The notes beneath the pieces are model-generated. The model ran no database searches and was not told the DNA's origin. It was given only the letters and a program-made list of their open reading frames with translations. Made by a program: the position numbers and the translations under genes. From Burkholderiales bacterium (GTDB lineage Bacteria > Pseudomonadota > Gammaproteobacteria > Burkholderiales > Burkholderiaceae_C), in NCBI GenBank assembly GCA_026932425.1, contig JAIXKN010000081.1, forward strand, positions 9,781-73,780: DNA of 64,000 bases, read 5' to 3'. Below, in pieces: positions 34,472-44,648 of this stretch (its first letter is position 1; every line of letters begins with the position of its first letter).

Positions 34472-34501
34472 AATATACCATCAAAGAAAAGACTGAATCA
34501 A
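34472..34501 (-). promoter_or_regulatory. Putative sigma70 promoter of tRNA-Leu (TTGATT-N18-TATATT, with extended TG)
   Basis: The - strand reads TTGATT (34501-34496) and TGGTATATT (to 34472), 15 nt upstream of the tRNA 5' end. Confidence 0.6.
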
Positions 34502-36768
34502 TCACGACGCCCGGCTTCCTGAGCGAAATCGAAGGCGTCGTCGACGGCCACCGGGACGGTCACGGCTTCGTGCGCCCCGACGCGGGCGGCCTGCCGATCT
34601 ATCTGCCACCCGAGGAGATGCGTGCCGTCATGCACCGCGACCGCGTGCGCGTGCGCGTGCTCCGCGTCGACCGCAAGGGTCGACCGGAGGGTCGGGTCCT
34701 CGACATCCTCGAGCGGCGCCGCGCGCCGATTATCGGACGCCTCCTGCTCGAGAGCGGGCAGTGGATCGTCGCGCCGGAGGACCGGCGCTATGGCCGCGAC
34801 ATCCTGATCCCCAAGAACGCGACGGCCACCGCGCTGGCGGGGCAGGTGGTCGCCGTCGAGCTGACCGAGCCGCCCTCACTGCACGCCCGGCCGGTCGGCC
34901 GCGTGGTCGAGGTGCTCGGCGACATCGACGACCCGGGCATGGAGATCGAAATCGCGGTGCGCAAGTTCGAGGTGCCGCACCGCTTCAGCGCGCAGACCCT
35001 GGCCGCCGCGGCGGCGCTTCCCGACCGGATCCGCGCCGCCGATCGCCGGCACCGTGTCGACCTGCGCGACCTGCCGCTGGTGACGATCGACGGCGAGGAT
35101 GCGCGCGACTTCGACGACGCCGTCTACTGCGAACCCTTCAGGCGCGGGCGCGGCAAGAGCGCGATGAGCGGATGGCGGCTGATCGTGGCCATCGCCGACG
35201 TCAGCCACTACGTCAGGCCCGGTGAGCCGATCGACGACGACGCCTACGAGCGCGCGACCTCGGTCTACTTCCCGCGCCGCGTGATCCCGATGCTGCCGGA
35301 GAAGCTCTCCAATGGTCTGTGCTCGCTCAATCCCGGCGAGGAGCGGCTGACACTTGTGTGCGACATGCTGGTGGCAGACGACGGCAGCGTCGATGCCTAT
35401 CAGTTCTATCCCGCGGTGATCAGCTCGCACGCGCGCCTGACCTACACCGAGGTCGCGGCGGCGCTGACCAACACCCGGGGCGTCGAAGCGCAGCGCCAGG
35501 GCGAGCTGCTGCCGCACCTGCTGCACCTGCACGAGGTCTACCGTGCGCTGCTGCGGCAGCGCGAGACGCGCGGGGCGATGGACTTCGAGACGGTCGAGAC
35601 GCAGATCGTCTGCGACGAGCAGGGCCGCATCGAGAGGATCGTGCCGCGCCCGCGTACCGAAGCGCATCGGCTGATCGAGGAGGCGATGCTCGCCGCCAAC
35701 GTCTGCGCGGCGCAGTTCATCCACGAGGGCGCGCATGCGGCGCTCTATCGTGTGCACGAGGGGCCGACGCCGGAGAAGCGCGTGACGCTGCAGAACTACC
35801 TGCGCGCCCTGGGCATCGGCGTCTCGATCGGCGAGGACCCCAAGCCGCGCGAGATCGCGGCGATCGCGCAGCTCACCGCCGGGCGTCCGGATGCGGCGCA
35901 GATCCACATGATGCTGCTGCGCTCGATGCAGCAGGCCGTCTACACGGCGACCAACGCGGGGCATTTCGGGCTCGCTTATGAAGCCTACACGCACTTCACG
36001 AGCCCGATCCGGCGCTATCCGGACCTGCTGGTGCACCGCGTCATCAAGGCGCTGCTGGCCGGGCGCAGGTACCACCTCGCGCCGCACGAGGCTGCGCGCG
36101 AGGCTGCGCACCAGGGCGCGCCGCAGGAGCGCGGTTCGCGGCGCGGCGGCAAGGCCGCAGCGCCACGGCATGCCGCCCAAACGCACGAGCTCGAGCTGTG
36201 GGAGGCGGCAGGCGTCCACTGCAGCGCCAACGAGCGCCGCGCCGACGAGGCCACGCGCGACGTCGAGGCCTGGCTCAAGTGCCGCTTCATGCGCGAACAC
36301 CTGGGCGAGCAATACGGCGGAACGGTGAGCGCGGTCACGAGCTTCGGCCTCTTCGTGACGCTGGACGAGCTCTACGTCGAGGGCCTCGTGCACATCACCG
36401 AGCTCGGCGGCGACTACTACCGCTTCGACGAAGTGCGCCAGGAACTCCGCGGTGAGCGCAGCGGCGTGCGTTTCGCGATCGGGATGCGCGTGCAGGTGCA
36501 GGTCAGCCGCGTCGATCTCGATGCGCGGCGCATCGACTTCCGGCTGGTGCGCGAGCGCCACTTGCCGCTCGCACGCGGCGCACGCGCGGCTGCCGCTGCC
36601 GATGAACTCGAGGCCTTGCGCGAAGCCGACCGCACCGCCAAGGCGCAGAGCCGGGAACGGCTGGCGCAGGCCAAGTCGGGAGCGGCGGGTGCGCGCAAGC
36701 CTTCGCGGGCGCACCCGGCTTCTTCGGCCGCAGGCAAGTCGCGAGTCAAGCGCCGCTCACGGCGCTGA
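34480..36768 (+). CDS. rnr: Ribonuclease R; start codon non-canonical or uncertain
   Basis: GHRDGHGF cold-shock domain, TIDGEDARDFDDA, HFTSPIRRYPDL, S1 domain and basic tail. Confidence 0.95.
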   Translation: MKEKTESITTPGFLSEIEGVVDGHRDGHGFVRPDAGGLPIYLPPEEMRAVMHRDRVRVRVLRVDRKGRPEGRVLDILERRRAPIIGRLLLESGQWIVAPEDRRYGRDILIPKNATATALAGQVVAVELTEPPSLHARPVGRVVEVLGDIDDPGMEIEIAVRKFEVPHRFSAQTLAAAAALPDRIRAADRRHRVDLRDLPLVTIDGEDARDFDDAVYCEPFRRGRGKSAMSGWRLIVAIADVSHYVRPGEPIDDDAYERATSVYFPRRVIPMLPEKLSNGLCSLNPGEERLTLVCDMLVADDGSVDAYQFYPAVISSHARLTYTEVAAALTNTRGVEAQRQGELLPHLLHLHEVYRALLRQRETRGAMDFETVETQIVCDEQGRIERIVPRPRTEAHRLIEEAMLAANVCAAQFIHEGAHAALYRVHEGPTPEKRVTLQNYLRALGIGVSIGEDPKPREIAAIAQLTAGRPDAAQIHMMLLRSMQQAVYTATNAGHFGLAYEAYTHFTSPIRRYPDLLVHRVIKALLAGRRYHLAPHEAAREAAHQGAPQERGSRRGGKAAAPRHAAQTHELELWEAAGVHCSANERRADEATRDVEAWLKCRFMREHLGEQYGGTVSAVTSFGLFVTLDELYVEGLVHITELGGDYYRFDEVRQELRGERSGVRFAIGMRVQVQVSRVDLDARRIDFRLVRERHLPLARGARAAAAADELEALREADRTAKAQSRERLAQAKSGAAGARKPSRAHPASSAAGKSRVKRRSRR

Positions 36769-36813
36769 GCGTGCAGCGTTGGAGGCGTCGCCCGGCGGCG
36801 AATGCAACGGCGA

Positions 36814-38439
36814 TCAGGCGAGCGAATGCGCTGCCGAGTTCGCCGAGTCATCGAGTGCTGCGGCCATCGCGTCGGCGAGGTCGCCGGCACGCAGCGGCAG
36901 ATGGGCATGTCCCGGGTGATCCGCCAGCGCCAAGTCGGCGGCGCGCCCGTGCAGCCAGACCGAGCGGCAGGCGCTGGCCCAACCGTCGTCGCCTGGGCCC
37001 TGGCACGCCCAAAGCCCGCCGATCCAGCCGGCGAGCACGTCACCGCTTCCCGGTGTCGCGAGCGCCGCATTGCCGCTGGCGTTGATCCAGGGCGTGTGCC
37101 CCGGCGCGGCGATGACGCTCCCCGAACCCTTGAGCACGACGACGGCCGCGCTCGCATCCGCGAGCTGCCGCGCCGCGGCCAGGCGATCGGCCTGAACCTG
37201 TGCGGCGGACATGCCAAGGAGCCGCGCGGCCTCGAGCGGGTGCGGCGTGAGGATCGTCGGTCTGCCGCCTGCCGCGCGCGCGCGCAGCGCGGCCGTCAGA
37301 GCGGGCTCGCGGGCGAGCGCGTTCAGGCCGTCGGCGTCGATCACGAGACGCCCGACGTGCGCGAGCAGCGCGGGCAGGACCTGCGCGATGTGGCTGCCGC
37401 CTCCGCAGCCGCAGACCACGGTCGCGTTCGGCAGCCGCTCGGCGCCGTCGTTCCAGATCCGCGGCGCGGTCATCAGCTCCGGCCGCTGTGGTGCAAGCGC
37501 CGGATCCAGCGGACTCAGATAGACGCGTCCGGCGCCGGCGGTCAGCGCCGCGTGCGCGGCAAGCTCGGCGGCGCCGTGCATTCCCGGCGCGCCTCCGACG
37601 ACGAAGAGATCGCCGAAGCTGCCCTTGTGTTGCCGGTGCTGCCGCACCGCGAAGCCCGGCGGCGGGGGCGCGCGCCAGGAGGAGAGCCAGGCGCTTGCCG
37701 CTCCGGCATCGCTCACGCCGAGATCGTCGAACCAGGGATCGCCCGCGTGGTCACGGCCCGCGCCGGTGAAGAGCCCCGGCTTGAGCGCAAGCAGCGAGAG
37801 CGTCCAGCGCGCGCGGATCGCCTGTTCGCCGAGCACGCGGCCGTGATCGGCGGACAGGCCCGACGGGAGGTCGATCGCAAGGATCGGCCGACCGCTGGCG
37901 TTGGCCGCGGCGATCGCGCCGGCGATCGCGCCCTCGGGTGCGCGGATCGCGCCCAGGCCCAGCAGCCCGTCGAGGATGAGCTCACTGCGTTGCAGGCGTG
38001 CCCGCGCGAAAGCGGCGGCGTCGAGCGCGATCGGCAGACCTGCGGCCTGCGCCTGCTGCCAGGCGTCGGCGGCGTCGCCCGGCAGCCGCGCCGGATCGGC
38101 AAGCGCGAGCGCCTCGACCTGAACGCCGGCCCGCATCAGGTGCAGTGCCGCGACGAGCGCATCGCCGCCGTTGTTGCCCGGACCCACCAGCGCGGTGACG
38201 CGGCGCGCGTGCGGGACGACGGCCCGCGCCAGCCGCGCCACGCCCAGACCGGCGCGGGCCATCAGGGCGTGCGGCACCGTGCGTTTCAGCGCTGCAGCCT
38301 CGGCCGTGCGCGTGGCGGCCAAGTCGTGCAGGGGCCAAGGGCGAGCCGCCGCGAAGACGCGGTGCGGACCCGTGCCTGCGGGCAGCGCGGCTTCTTCCTC
38401 GGTGCCGGGCGGCATTCGGGTTCGCGGCAGGGGCGCCAT
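36814..38439 (-). CDS. nnr: Bifunctional NAD(P)H-hydrate epimerase/dehydratase
   Basis: LMARAG, GPGNNGGD, DLPSGL, HKGSFG, DADGLN, TPHPLEAARL and ATPGSGDVLAG; start approximate. Confidence 0.93.
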   Translation of the reverse strand: MAPLPRTRMPPGTEEEAALPAGTGPHRVFAAARPWPLHDLAATRTAEAAALKRTVPHALMARAGLGVARLARAVVPHARRVTALVGPGNNGGDALVAALHLMRAGVQVEALALADPARLPGDAADAWQQAQAAGLPIALDAAAFARARLQRSELILDGLLGLGAIRAPEGAIAGAIAAANASGRPILAIDLPSGLSADHGRVLGEQAIRARWTLSLLALKPGLFTGAGRDHAGDPWFDDLGVSDAGAASAWLSSWRAPPPPGFAVRQHRQHKGSFGDLFVVGGAPGMHGAAELAAHAALTAGAGRVYLSPLDPALAPQRPELMTAPRIWNDGAERLPNATVVCGCGGGSHIAQVLPALLAHVGRLVIDADGLNALAREPALTAALRARAAGGRPTILTPHPLEAARLLGMSAAQVQADRLAAARQLADASAAVVVLKGSGSVIAAPGHTPWINASGNAALATPGSGDVLAGWIGGLWACQGPGDDGWASACRSVWLHGRAADLALADHPGHAHLPLRAGDLADAMAAALDDSANSAAHSLA

Positions 38440-38480
38440 GGAGTGGGCGTGACGGAGGGTCGCGGAAGTTCGTGCGATCG

Positions 38481-38693
38481 TGCTAGACTCTATCGGTTTT
38501 TCCTGTGCGACGAGGGCCCTGTCAGGGTTCGATGCGCCAGCAGGAAGAGCGAGACCGCGGGTGTTGCGGCGCAGGCCGTCGATGGCCTTCGCACATGACC
38601 CGCGAGACGCAAGCCCGACTCCGCGAGGTGTCGCCCGGCCGGATCGGCGGGGCGATGTTCGTCGGGCTGCAGGAAGCAACCTTCGGAGCCCCC
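38481..38693 (+). promoter_or_regulatory. rpsB promoter (extended -10 TGcTAGACT) and S2 autoregulatory leader (t44-like)
   Basis: Long hairpin CGCGGGT...ACCCGCG (about 38556-38604) and AACCTTCGGAG before the rpsB ATG. Confidence 0.65.
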
Positions 38694-39434
38694 ATGACCG
38701 TATCCATGCGTGAAATGCTGGAAGCCGGCGTCCATTTCGGACACCAGACGCGCTTCTGGAACCCCAGGATGGCCCCCTACATCTATGGCCATCGCAACAA
38801 GATCCACATCATCAACCTCGAGAAGACGCTGCCGCTCTTCGAGGATGCGATGAAGTTCGCGCGCCAGCTCTCGGCGCGCCGCGGCACGATCCTGATGATC
38901 GGCACCAAGCGTCAGGCGCGCGAGGTGATCGCGATGGAGGCGCAGCGCTGCGGCATGCCCTTCGTCGACCAGCGCTGGCTCGGCGGCATGCTGACCAACT
39001 TCAAGACCGTCAAGGGGTCGCTGAAGAAGCTCAAGGAGATGCAGGCCACCAAGGAGGCCGGGATCGAGCAGATGATCAAGAAGGAGGCGCTGATGTTCGA
39101 GCGCGGGCTGGCCAAGCTCGAGAAGGACATCGGCGGCATCCAGGACATGAACGCGCTGCCCGACGCGATGTTCGTGATCGACGTCGGCTACCACAAGATC
39201 GCCGTGTCCGAGGCGCAGAAGCTGGGCATCCCGGTGATCGGCGTCGTCGACACCAACCACTCGCCGCAGGGCATCGACTATGTGATCCCCGGCAACGACG
39301 ACTCGGCCAAGGCGGTGGCGCTGTATGCGCGCGCTCTGGCCGATGCCGTGCTCGAGGGCAAGGCCGACGCCAGCTCCGACGTGGTGCAGGCGGCATCCGG
39401 CGACGAGTTCGTCGAGGTCCAGGAAGAGGCCTGA
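38694..39434 (+). CDS. rpsB: 30S ribosomal protein S2
   Basis: [26 protein letters not shown] and PGNDDS. Confidence 0.98.
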   Translation: MTVSMREMLEAGVHFGHQTRFWNPRMAPYIYGHRNKIHIINLEKTLPLFEDAMKFARQLSARRGTILMIGTKRQAREVIAMEAQRCGMPFVDQRWLGGMLTNFKTVKGSLKKLKEMQATKEAGIEQMIKKEALMFERGLAKLEKDIGGIQDMNALPDAMFVIDVGYHKIAVSEAQKLGIPVIGVVDTNHSPQGIDYVIPGNDDSAKAVALYARALADAVLEGKADASSDVVQAASGDEFVEVQEEA

Positions 39435-39511
39435 GACCGCTGCCCCCCGGTCGGCTGCGTCGATCCGTGGGGAGCGTTCCGACACATACCGATCCATCGA
39501 TAGCTTTCCGG

Positions 39512-39548
39512 GCCGGCCCGCCGCGAATGTGGCGGCGCCGGCTTTTTT
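39512..39548 (+). terminator. Intrinsic terminator/attenuator between rpsB and tsf
   Basis: GCCGGC.CCGCCGC/GTGGCGG.CGCCGGC stem followed by TTTTTT. Confidence 0.75.
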
Positions 39549-39566
39549 CGAAAGGAGAACCCTGCA

Positions 39567-40463
39567 ATGCCCGCAATCACCGCCAGCATGGTCGCCGAGC
39601 TGCGCGCCAAGACCGACGCCCCGATGATGGAGTGCAAGAAGGCACTCACCGAGGCCGACGGCGACATGGCGCGCGCCGAGGAGATCCTGCGCGTCAAGCT
39701 CGGCAACAAGGCCGGCAAGGCCGCTGCACGCATCACCGCCGAGGGTGTGATCGCCGCGAGCGTCGAGGGCAGCACCGGCGCGCTGCTCGAGGTCAACTGC
39801 GAGACCGATTTCGTCTCGAAGAACGAATCCTTCCTCGCGTTCGCGCGCAGCTGTGCGGCGCTCGTTGCCGAGCACGCGCCGGCCGACGTGGCGGCGCTCT
39901 CGGCGCTGCCGCTGTCGCAGGACAGCTTCGGCCCGACGGTCGAGGACGTGCGCAAGGGCCTGATCGGCAAGATCGGCGAGAACATGTCGATCCGGCGCTT
40001 TCACCGCTACGCCGGCGGCGGCAAGCTCGCGCACTACCTGCACGGCACGCGCATCGGCGTGATCGTCGAGTACGAGGGCGACGCCGTGGCCGCCAAGGAT
40101 GTCGCGATGCACGTCGCCGCGATGAAGCCCGCGGCGCTGTCCGCTGCCGACGTGCCGGCCGATCTCGTCGAGAAGGAGCGCAAGATCGCCGCCGAGAAGG
40201 CCGCCGAGAGCGGCAAGCCGGCGGACATCGTCGCCAGGATGGTCGAGGGCTCGGTGCAGAAGTACCTGAAGGAGGTCGCGCTTCTCGACCAGGTCTTCGT
40301 CAAGGCCGCCGACGGCAAGCAGACCGTGGGCCAGTACCTGAAGGGTGCCGCAACGACGGTCGAGGGCTTCACGCTCTACGTCGTCGGCGAGGGCATCGAG
40401 AAGAAGACGGACGACTTCGCCGCCGAGGTGGCCGCGCAGGTGGCGGCCGCCAAGGGCCAGTAG
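39567..40463 (+). CDS. tsf: Elongation factor Ts
   Basis: [18 protein letters not shown] and GEGIEKK. Confidence 0.98.
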   Translation: MPAITASMVAELRAKTDAPMMECKKALTEADGDMARAEEILRVKLGNKAGKAAARITAEGVIAASVEGSTGALLEVNCETDFVSKNESFLAFARSCAALVAEHAPADVAALSALPLSQDSFGPTVEDVRKGLIGKIGENMSIRRFHRYAGGGKLAHYLHGTRIGVIVEYEGDAVAAKDVAMHVAAMKPAALSAADVPADLVEKERKIAAEKAAESGKPADIVARMVEGSVQKYLKEVALLDQVFVKAADGKQTVGQYLKGAATTVEGFTLYVVGEGIEKKTDDFAAEVAAQVAAAKGQ

Positions 40464-40554
40464 GCCCGGTGCCGGGCGGGCCCCTGTCCCGGGTCCGCCC
40501 TTAAACTCCCATCCTTGCCACGGCCGCCCTGCGATCCACGCCAAGCCACCCCGC

Positions 40555-41265
40555 ATGCCAGCGTACAAGCGCATCCTCCTTAAGCTCTCCGGCGAGGCCC
40601 TGATGGGCGACGATGCCTACGGCATCAACCGCGCCACCATCGTGCGCATGGTGCGCGAGATCCAGGAGATCACGCGCATGGGCTGTGAGGTCGCGGTGGT
40701 GATCGGCGGCGGCAACATCTTCCGCGGCGTGGCCGGCGGCTCGGTCGGCATGGATCGGGCCACCGCCGACTACATGGGCATGCTGGCCACGGTGATGAAT
40801 TCGCTGGCGCTGGCCGACACGATGCGCCAGGAGGGCATGACGGCACGCGTGATGTCGGCGATCTCGATCGACCAGGTGGCCGAACCCTACGTGCGGCCCA
40901 AGGCGCTGCAGTACCTGGAGGAGGGCAAGACCGTCATCTTCGCCGCGGGAACCGGCAACCCCTTCTTCACGACCGACACCGCCGCGGCGCTGCGCGGCGC
41001 CGAGATCGGCGCCGAGATCGTGCTCAAGGCGACCAAGGTCGACGGCGTCTACAGCGCCGACCCGAACAAGGATCCGTCCGCCACGCGCTACGCGCGCATC
41101 GGCTTCGACGAGGCGATCGCGCGCAATCTGCAGGTGATGGACGCGACGGCCTTCGCGCTGTGCCGCGACCAGAAGCTGCCGATCAAGGTGTTCAGCATCC
41201 ACAAGCCCGGCGCGCTGCGCCGGGTCGTGCAGGGCGAGGACGAAGGCACGCTGGTGCACGTTTGA
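40555..41265 (+). CDS. pyrH: UMP kinase
   Basis: [15 protein letters not shown] and GNPFFTTDT. Confidence 0.98.
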   Translation: MPAYKRILLKLSGEALMGDDAYGINRATIVRMVREIQEITRMGCEVAVVIGGGNIFRGVAGGSVGMDRATADYMGMLATVMNSLALADTMRQEGMTARVMSAISIDQVAEPYVRPKALQYLEEGKTVIFAAGTGNPFFTTDTAAALRGAEIGAEIVLKATKVDGVYSADPNKDPSATRYARIGFDEAIARNLQVMDATAFALCRDQKLPIKVFSIHKPGALRRVVQGEDEGTLVHV

Positions 41266-41280
41266 CGAGGCGACAAGGCG

Positions 41281-41847
41281 ATGACGACGAGCATTCCCGA
41301 GATCAAGAAGACCGCCGAGCTGAAGATGGGCAAGTCGGTCGAGGCCATGAAGGGCGAGCTGCAGAAGATCCGCACCGGGCGCGCGCACCCGGGCATCCTC
41401 GACCAGGTGCACGTCGACTACTACGGCTCGATGGTGCCGATCAGCCAGGTTGCCAACGTGACGCTGCTGGATGCGCGCACGATCAGTGTGCAGCCCTGGG
41501 AGAAGGGCATGGGCGCGAAGATCGAGAAGGCCATCCGCGAGTCGGACCTGGGCCTCAATCCCGCGTCGCAGGGCGACCTGCTGCGCGTGCCGATGCCGCC
41601 GCTGACCGAGGAGCGCCGTCGCGACCTGACCAAGGTCGTGCGCCACACCGGCGAGGAAGCGAAGATCGCCGTGCGCAGCATCCGGCGCGAGGCCAACGAG
41701 CACCTGAAGAAGCTGCTCAAGGACAAGGAAGTCTCGGAGGATGACGAGCGTCGCGCGCAGGACGAGGTGCAGCGGCTGACCGACCGCACGATCGCCGAGA
41801 TCGACCGGCTCGTGCACGCGAAGGAAGTCGACGTGATGGCGGTCTGA
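41281..41847 (+). CDS. frr: Ribosome recycling factor
   Basis: KIRTGRAH and [11 protein letters not shown]. Confidence 0.98.
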   Translation: MTTSIPEIKKTAELKMGKSVEAMKGELQKIRTGRAHPGILDQVHVDYYGSMVPISQVANVTLLDARTISVQPWEKGMGAKIEKAIRESDLGLNPASQGDLLRVPMPPLTEERRRDLTKVVRHTGEEAKIAVRSIRREANEHLKKLLKDKEVSEDDERRAQDEVQRLTDRTIAEIDRLVHAKEVDVMAV

Positions 41848-41860
41848 GGGCACGCGGCGC

Positions 41861-42601
41861 ATGTCGACGGACCGCTCCGCAGTGCGCCCCGTGCCCCGGC
41901 ACGTGGCGATCGTGATGGACGGCAACGGGCGCTGGGCGAGCCAGCGCTTCATGCCGCGCTTCGTCGGTCACGAACGCGGCATGGAGACGCTGCTGCGCGT
42001 GATCGATGCCTTCGCCGAACGCGGCGTCGAGTACCTCACCGTGTTCGCGTTCTCGTCCGAGAACTGGAAGCGGCCCGAGGAAGAGGTCTCCGGGATCATG
42101 GGCCTCGTGCTCGTGGGCGTCTCGAAATACCTGCGCAAGCTCGCGACCGAAGGCGTGCGCATCCGCGTCGTCGGCGACCGCAGCGGCGTCTCGCCCAGGC
42201 TGCAGGCGGCGTGGGACGAAGCCGAGCGCGCCACAGCCGCCAACACGCGCATCCACCTCTCGGTGGCGTTCAACTACGGTGGGCGCTGGGACATCGTGCA
42301 GGCCTGCCGGCGCGCCATGGCCGAGGGCCTTGCGCCGGAGGAGATCGACGAGGCGGCCCTGGCGGCGCGCATGGCACTGGCCTTCGCGCCGGACCCGGAC
42401 CTCTTCATCCGCACCGGCGGCGAGATGCGCGTCAGCAACTTCCTGCTCTGGCAGACCGCGTACGCCGAGCTGTATTTCACCGATTGCCTCTGGCCCGACT
42501 TCGATGCCGGCGAGGTCGATGCGGCATTGGCCGCGTACGCGCGACGCGATCGCCGCTTCGGCGGCGTGCGTGCGATCGAGGCGGTGCCGCAAGGCACTTG
42601 A
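41861..42601 (+). CDS. uppS: Undecaprenyl diphosphate synthase
   Basis: HVAIVMDGNGRW, FSSENWKRP and RTGGEMRVSNFLLWQ. Confidence 0.97.
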   Translation: MSTDRSAVRPVPRHVAIVMDGNGRWASQRFMPRFVGHERGMETLLRVIDAFAERGVEYLTVFAFSSENWKRPEEEVSGIMGLVLVGVSKYLRKLATEGVRIRVVGDRSGVSPRLQAAWDEAERATAANTRIHLSVAFNYGGRWDIVQACRRAMAEGLAPEEIDEAALAARMALAFAPDPDLFIRTGGEMRVSNFLLWQTAYAELYFTDCLWPDFDAGEVDAALAAYARRDRRFGGVRAIEAVPQGT

Positions 42602-42606
42602 ACGCA

Positions 42607-43443
42607 GTGCTGCGTCAGCGCGTCATCACCGCCCTGGTGCTGGTGGGGCTGCTGTTGCCGGCGCTGTTTGCCGACGTGCGCTGGCCGTTTGCGCTGCTGA
42701 CGCTGGTGATGATCGGCGCCGCCGGCTGGGAATGGGGCCGGCTCAACGGGGTGACCGGGACCGTGGCGATCGTGCTCGGCCTGCTGCTGGCCGCAGCGGG
42801 TGCGGCAACGCTCGCCGGCCCCTGGGCCGCGCACGCGCCGCGGCCGTTTTGGCTGCTCGTGTCGATCGCATGGGTGCTGGGAGGTGCGATCGTGCTGCGT
42901 GCCGGCCCGGCGGCCTGGCCGCGCGTGCCGGGGCTGCTGCGCCTGGTGATGGGCCTGGTGCTGCTCTGGGCCGGCTGGCTCGCGCTCGTGCAGGCGCGCG
43001 GCATCGGCATCAACTTCATCCTCTCGGTCTTCTGCCTGGTGTGGATGGCGGACATCGCCGCCTACTTTGGCGGGAGAGCGCTCGGGCGGCGCAAGCTCGC
43101 GCCGTCGATCAGCCCCGGCAAGAGCTGGGAGGGCGTCTGGAGCGGGCAGGCCGGCGTCCTCGTGCTCGCGGGCATCTGGACGCTGGTCGAGGCCGGAAGT
43201 GCGTTCGACAGCACGAGTCTTTTCCGTGGCCTGTTTCGGCACCTGGGCGTGGTGCTCGGGGCGGTCGCGCTGCTGGCGCTGGCGGGGGTCAGCGTCGTCG
43301 GCGACCTGATCGAGTCGCTGGTCAAGCGCGCGGCCGGGGCCAAGGACAGCTCGAACCTGCTGCCCGGCCACGGCGGCGTGCTCGACCGCATCGATGCGCT
43401 GCTGCCGGTGTTCCCGCTGGCGATGGCGCTGACCACGCGCTGA
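42607..43443 (+). CDS. cdsA: Phosphatidate cytidylyltransferase
   Basis: LRQRVITA, SPGKSWEG and KDSSNLLPGHGGVLDRID; GTG start (alternative TTG at 42598). Confidence 0.95.
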   Translation: MLRQRVITALVLVGLLLPALFADVRWPFALLTLVMIGAAGWEWGRLNGVTGTVAIVLGLLLAAAGAATLAGPWAAHAPRPFWLLVSIAWVLGGAIVLRAGPAAWPRVPGLLRLVMGLVLLWAGWLALVQARGIGINFILSVFCLVWMADIAAYFGGRALGRRKLAPSISPGKSWEGVWSGQAGVLVLAGIWTLVEAGSAFDSTSLFRGLFRHLGVVLGAVALLALAGVSVVGDLIESLVKRAAGAKDSSNLLPGHGGVLDRIDALLPVFPLAMALTTR

Positions 43444-43460
43444 GGAGGAGGCAGGACACG

Positions 43461-44648
43461 ATGCAGCCCGCACAGCGCGTGCTGATCCTGGGTTCCACCG
43501 GTTCGATCGGGGGCAACACACTCGACGTGATCGCGCGGCATCCGCAGCGCTTCGAGGTCTTCGGGCTGAGCGGACATCGACGGCTGGATGTGCTGCTGGC
43601 GCAATGCCGTCAGTGGCAACCGCGCTTCGTCGCGGTGCCCGGGCGCGAGCAGGCGCAGCAGCTGCGGGCCGCGCTGGCGCCGCTCGCGCTGCGCACCGAG
43701 GTTCTCGAGGGGGACGCGGCGCTGGCCGAACTGGCGGCGCACCCCGAGGTCGATGCGGTGATGGCGGCGATCGTCGGCGCCGCGGGGCTTGCGCCCTGCA
43801 TCGCCGCGGCGCGCGCCGGCAAGCGGCTGCTGCTGGCCAACAAGGAAGCGCTGGTCGTCGGCGGGGCGCTCTTCATGCAGGCGCTGGAGCAGGGCGGGGC
43901 CACGCTGCTGCCGATCGACAGCGAGCACTCGGCGATCTTCCAGTGCCTGCCGGAGGACCGCAGGCGCTGGGCCGCGCACATCGACCACATCGTGCTCACC
44001 GCATCGGGCGGGCCCTTCCGTCAGTGCGATCCGGCCACCCTCGCCGCGGTCACCCCCGACGAGGCCTGCGCCCACCCGAACTGGGTGATGGGGCGCAAGA
44101 TCTCGGTCGACTCGGCGACGATGATGAACAAGGCGCTCGAGGTCATCGAGGCGCGCTGGCTCTTCGACCTGCCGCCCGAGCGGCTGCGCGTGGTGCTGCA
44201 TCCGCAGAGCATCGTGCACTCGATGGTCGTGTGCCGTGACGCCTCGGTGCTCGCGCAACTGGGGACGCCCGACATGCGCGTTCCGATCGCCTACGGGCTG
44301 TCCTTCCCCGAGCGCATCGAATCGGGTGCCGCGCGGCTGGACTTCGGCACGCTCGCGGCGCTGAGCTTCGAGCCCGTCGACGAGCGGCGCTTCCCCGGCT
44401 TGCAGTTGGCCTACGACGTGCTGCGTGCTGCGGAGGGAACCGCCGCGGTGCTCAACGCCGCCAACGAGATCGCGGTCGAGTCCTTCCTCGAGCGACGCAT
44501 CGCCTTCACCGACATCCACACCGTCAACTGCCGGACGCTCGACGACGTCGTGCTGCCGTCGACGGCGCCGCGCGCCCTGGACGACCTCCTCGAGATCGAC
44601 CGCCGCGCGCGTGCGATCGCCGCCCGGCACGCGCGGGAGCTGGGCTGA
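43461..44648 (+). CDS. dxr: 1-deoxy-D-xylulose-5-phosphate reductoisomerase
   Basis: LGSTGSIG, LANKE, PIDSEHSAI and HPNWVMGRKISVDSATM. Confidence 0.98.
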   Translation: MQPAQRVLILGSTGSIGGNTLDVIARHPQRFEVFGLSGHRRLDVLLAQCRQWQPRFVAVPGREQAQQLRAALAPLALRTEVLEGDAALAELAAHPEVDAVMAAIVGAAGLAPCIAAARAGKRLLLANKEALVVGGALFMQALEQGGATLLPIDSEHSAIFQCLPEDRRRWAAHIDHIVLTASGGPFRQCDPATLAAVTPDEACAHPNWVMGRKISVDSATMMNKALEVIEARWLFDLPPERLRVVLHPQSIVHSMVVCRDASVLAQLGTPDMRVPIAYGLSFPERIESGAARLDFGTLAALSFEPVDERRFPGLQLAYDVLRAAEGTAAVLNAANEIAVESFLERRIAFTDIHTVNCRTLDDVVLPSTAPRALDDLLEIDRRARAIAARHARELG

